A DNA stretch of 64,000 nt, taken from assembly GCA_965226795.1 (NCBI GenBank), contig CBDDDZ010000002.1, positions 621,897-685,896 of the forward strand. The letters run 5' to 3'. Each line of letters starts with the position of its first letter. Positions within the stretch are counted from its first letter, which is position 1. Both the position numbers and the translations under genes were made by a program. This document shows, piece after piece, positions 59,737 to 64,000 of the stretch. Source of the DNA: Candidatus Latescibacterota bacterium (GTDB lineage: Bacteria; Latescibacterota; UBA2968; GCA-2709665). Below the pieces are notes generated by a model. It worked only from the letters and a program-made list of their open reading frames with translations, searched no databases and was not told the DNA's origin.

Positions 59737-62276
59737 GTGGATAGATGGATTGTTGATCGTTTGCAAGTAACGTTGACGCTGGCGACGTGCTTTCTGGCAT
59801 TACTCTGCTACCCGGCTCCGGGTCCCGCATCGTCGCCGCCTGCCGAGGGCGAGTACCGCTGCGTGGTGCTGGATCACGAGGCGCGGCGGGACGATGCTGC
59901 TGTTGCGGGCAAGGTTGCGGTCGGAACGGAACGTAGGCGAGCCGCGTACGGTGCGACTGATCTACTTTCTGCCGAACGACCGTCCGTACCGGCAGTCGGT
60001 GGTGGATACGATGAAGGCGATGATGGTGCGTCTGCAGGCGTTTTTCGGGCAGCAGATGGAATCGCACGGGTATGGCTATACGACGTTCCGCTATGAGGCG
60101 GACGCGGATGGCGAGCCCGTGGTGCACCGCCTGGACGGCGCCCACGCGAACCGCTATTATTACGACAGAACGTCGTCAACGGTGTACGAAGAGGTCCGGG
60201 AGGCGTTCGATCCGGACAACGTCGTTCTCTTCATCGTGATTGACAACCGCGCCGGGGACGAGGTTGGGTACGTTCCCGGCTTTCGGGTAGCAGGCATCGC
60301 ATCCGGGGGTAAAGATGGTGGCGCGGTGTGGGTTCCCGGCGGTGTCAGCTTCTCCACAGCCGCGCACGAACTGGCGCACGCCTTCGGGATGCTCTACCAC
60401 GATTCCCGGGATCGCGCCCATATCCTCTCGATAGGGCGCGGAATGGATCGTCTGTCGTCCTGCAGCGCGGGGTTCCTGTCCGTGCACCCTTTTTTCAACG
60501 CGGAGGTCCCCCTCGAAAGGGATTGGGACGCACGTCCCACGGTGGAGCTGCTGTCGCCCCTGTGGTATGAAGAGGGTTCGCAAAGCATTACCGTGCGTCT
60601 GAAGCTCGAAGCGCCGCACGGCCTGCATCAGCTGATCATGCTAGTTGCCGACCCGCTCGGGCAGTACCTGATAATGGAACTCAAGGATTGCCGCGTACTC
60701 TCGGGTGCTAAGGAAGCGGTCATCGAGTACGAGTATGACGGCGTGATCGCGCCTCGTGCCACGTCGTTGTCGGATCCGCCGTCCCATTTTATCGAATTCG
60801 TGGTGGTGGATAGGCGCGGCGATAAAGAATACGAGGGTTGGTATTTCGCGCAGCGGTCGCCGTATCACGTGGCCACGCTGGAAGGACATACGAAATTCGT
60901 CCTACGGCTCGCCATGTCCCCCGACGGGACGACGCTGGCATCGGGATCATTGGACAGCACCATCAAGCTGTGGGATACGAAGACGTATGAAGAGACGGCC
61001 ACCCTTCGCGGGAGCGACAGCGAGATCCGGTCGCTGGCGTTCTCGCCGGACGGGTCGATGCTGGCCGCGGGAACTTTCAGAGGCTGGATCACGCTGTGGG
61101 ACGTGGCGTCGCGGGAGCGGACGGGCACGCTGGCAGGGCACACGGGGTGGACGCTTGCGTTGGCATTCTCTCCCGACGGCGCGACGCTGATCTCGGGCGC
61201 ATTTTCCGACGAGGACAAGATGAAGGTATGGGACGTGGCCACCGGAGAATTGATAGGCGTCCTGAAAGGGCATACCGACTCAATCGAACAGTTGCTGTTT
61301 TCGCCTGACGGCAGCATCCTGGCGTCGGCTTCATACGACTATTCCATCGGGCTCTGGGACGCGGCCGCACTAAAACTGCGGTACCGGCTCGTGCGTGTAG
61401 GAGGGCGAGGCATCGGGATTCGATAGCGTTCTCGCCGGACGGGCGTGTGCTGGCTGCCGACCGCGTCAGCGGAGAGGATTGATCGCGCTGTGGGACGTGG
61501 CCACGCGGAACAATATCGCGGACCTGCCCATGGTGCATGCGCCACAGGCCAATGTTCTGACGTTTTCGCCGGACGGGGAGAGTCTGGTCTCGGGGGGCGC
61601 GGAAGGTACGGTCATCCTGCGCAACGTCTCGACGGGGAAGCTCTACGAGAGGCTTGCGCATACCGGCGCGATCTCTTCGCTCGCCTATTGGCACGACGGG
61701 TCCGTGCTGGCGGCGTCAACCTACAGAGGCAGGATAGAGGTGTGGGACACCTCCGAGTGGGTGCGTCGGCGTCCCGTTCTCGTGAGGATGGTCTCGGGCG
61801 ATGGGCAGCAGGGGACGGCCGGCACTGCGCTTGCGGCGCCGTTCGTGGTGTCGGTGCGTGACGAGCACGGGGACCCGTTTCCGGGCATCCCCGTTCTGTT
61901 CACCGTTACCGAAGGCAGAGGCGCGGTCTCGGCAACGGCGGCCAGGGCCGATACGAGCGGGAACGCGGCCACGGTGCTGACGCTGGGCGCAACGCCGGGG
62001 ATGAACACCGTGGTGGCGCGTGCGGCCGATCTCGCCCCGGCGGTTTTTACCGCACGTGCCCACGGCAACCCCGACCTGGATGGCGACGGGGAGATAGACT
62101 TTGGCGATTTCGTGGTGTTCGCCCAAAAGTTCGGACAACGCCAGGGCGACGACGGGTACGACGCGCGCTGCGACCTGGACAGGGACGGGACCGTGGGGTT
62201 CTCCGACTTCCTGATCTTCGCCGGGGCGTTCGGGGCGAAAACCACACCCGGACTGGGATTAACTGTGATAAAATAA
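59737..62276 (+). pseudogene. Metallopeptidase + WD40 + Ig-like + dockerin-like paralogue 2, with three frameshifts (~59920, ~61420, ~61478)
   Basis: Signal peptide in ORF 59737, AHELAHAFG and WD40 in ORF 59894, VSGDGQQG Ig-like domain and DLDGDG tail in ORF 61479; breaks could be sequencing indels. Confidence 0.8.
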
Positions 62277-62724
62277 TGATAAAAGCTGATTAAAACCCGG
62301 ATCAGGATTCACGGGATTAACAGGATTGGAACCTGATTAAAAGTCGTGGAGAGACTGTGATGGACGTGATGTTGGGAATGACCAGGCGCGACTATGGTAT
62401 GTTCAACCGCAACCCATCAGGAGATCCACGATAGAGATGTCGATGCCAGGCAGCGCGTCAGTCCCTCTTCATACGGCGGTATCCGTCTGGCTGCATTCCG
62501 GCAGAAGGACCTCTCCCCCCTGCCCCCTCTCCTGCGAGGAGAGGGGGATTCAAACGAAGCGTCGCGTAAACACGAGAAGGACAGACAGGAATGTCTACCC
62601 CACCATCACACGCACTTCCTCAACGTCTCGCGGATCCGGACAAGCGACAACGACGCCTGGAAGGTGGAGCGGACATTCCTGTCTGCTCGCATACATCAAC
62701 CCGAAGCCTGGAAATCCCGTGTCA

Positions 62725-62810
62725 GGGCACTGCTCCCCTCCCCGCACCGGGGAGGGGCCGGGGGAGGGGTCGTCATCCTGACCCGCCATATCGAACGCGA
62801 CGCGTCGTCG
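62725..62810 (+). repeat. 86-nt direct repeat upstream of paralogue 3
   Basis: Colinear with 59555-59640. Confidence 0.85.
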
Positions 62811-62917
62811 GGCGGTGGGAGTGGATCCGGCGGTTCGGGCGACACAGGCAATTGAACCCCGGAAAGAGAGTGTGGGTGAAGAGGTATGGTGATTGAGCCG
62901 AAAGGGGTGATGCTGGT

Positions 62918-64000
62918 ATGAAGAGACAGTGTGTACATCGTTTGCCTGCATCGTTGTGGCTGGCGGCCGGCTTTTTGGCGTTCCTGTGTCAGGCGTCTGT
63001 GGTTTCGCATGCGTCGTCGCCGCCTGCCGAGGGTGAGCACTACTGCGCGGCGGCGGAATACGAGCAGTGGCTGCGTGACAATCCTCCGCCTGCGGCCAAG
63101 GTGGCTGCGCAAATCGGCTCATGGGACCGCAATCGGCGCACGGTGCGTATGATCTACTTCCATCCCGCCGGCACCGAAATTCGTGAAAACGTGGTGGACT
63201 CGATGCAAGCGGTGATACGCGTGGCGCAGACCTTTTACGGGGAGCAGATGGCTGCGCACGGGTACGGCAGCAGGACCTTCCGTATAGAGACCGATGCGGA
63301 TGGCGAGCCGCTGGTGCATCACGTGACCGGGCAACACGAGGCCGGTCACTACCAGGGAAGCGATGATTATCAGTACAAGCTTAATATGGACCTTCGACAG
63401 CGTTTCAATTTCTCCAACAACGTCTACCTCGTTTTTGTCGACCAAATTGAACGGCCGGGAGTGGCGGGATGGGGGGGGGCGGTGGGGAAAGCATGGCGGG
63501 GATGCGATGGTGATGGTCAGGGAGAATGACTAATACGGGTGTTCTAATATCTGTCGTAAGATTCTTACGTGCAGCGGCCCATGAACTTGGCCATGCGTTC
63601 GGGTTGGAACACGATTTTCGCGACCGCGACAACGTGATGTCATACGGAAGCGAGGATCGGATATCGGCGTGTGCTGCGGCCTCTCTGTTGGTGCATCCGT
63701 ATTTCAACGATGATATCCCGCTTGAAGAGGGGAGCGCGCCCACCTTCGAAGTCGTTTCATCCAACAGGTATCCATCGGGGGCGACGGACCTGTCCGCGCG
63801 AATCAAGGTAAGCGATGCGGAAGGGGTTCATCAGGTGTTGCTGCAGGACGCTGCCAAGCTTGCCGGTTCAATCCTTACGTGCCGGGTGCTGTCCGGCGAG
63901 AAAGATGCCATCGTCGAATTCGAGTATGACTTTCTACAAATTCCAGGGTTTACTCGTGAAGGGTTGTTACAGCGTGTGGTACACCAATTTTACGTCGACG
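62918..64000 (+). pseudogene. Metallopeptidase paralogue 3, frameshifted, running off the window
   Basis: RTVRMIYF..QMAAHGYG..DADGEP; G9 run at 63471-63479 and a second shift near 63520; AAHELGHAFGLEHDFRD follows in the frame of ATG 63526. Confidence 0.8.

Noticed and set aside
62400..62550. Possible decayed DUF559/Vsr-like nuclease beside a ccctctcc/ggagaggg hairpin
   Set aside because: The resemblance is too weak to support without a search.
57043..64000. Diversity-generating retroelement acting on the paralogues
   Set aside because: No reverse transcriptase and no TR/VR pair with adenine-specific mismatches were seen.

Overview
GC-rich bacterial window, most consistent with an FCB-group organism such as a Latescibacterota-like marine or host-associated bacterium. 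This is inferred from the TonB receptor/secreted protein/PorV-PorQ trio, the DUF6785-type permease and the WD40/dockerin-like secreted proteins; no phylogenetic marker gene is present. Layout: (1) 1-17010, catabolic cluster ending in a UGA-interrupted UGSC-family selenoprotein candidate with an fdhF-like SECIS hairpin, then an outer-membrane import trio; (2) 17512-19878, PIN/Phd toxin-antitoxin pair and a deleted TPP-enzyme pseudogene; (3) 20039-27975, hydrolase/permease cluster; (4) 28000-34750, decayed patch with RimK, protease, HicA and GIY-YIG remnants and a frameshifted cation-chloride-type permease; (5) 34909-45040, uppP and housekeeping/catabolic genes; (6) 45045-56068, a FadR regulator divergent from a nine-gene corrinoid methyl-transfer cluster; (7) 56306-64000, FN3 pseudogene and three tandem HExxH-metallopeptidase paralogues. 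The intergenic DNA holds several repeat families. The most striking is a ~200-nt structured module with covarying stems and a hairpin plus mirror-repeat end, arranged as inverted doublets at three loci, together with tiny palindromes that insert site-specifically into other repeats. No rRNA, tRNA or CRISPR array was recognised. All family assignments come from motif recognition by eye, not database searches.
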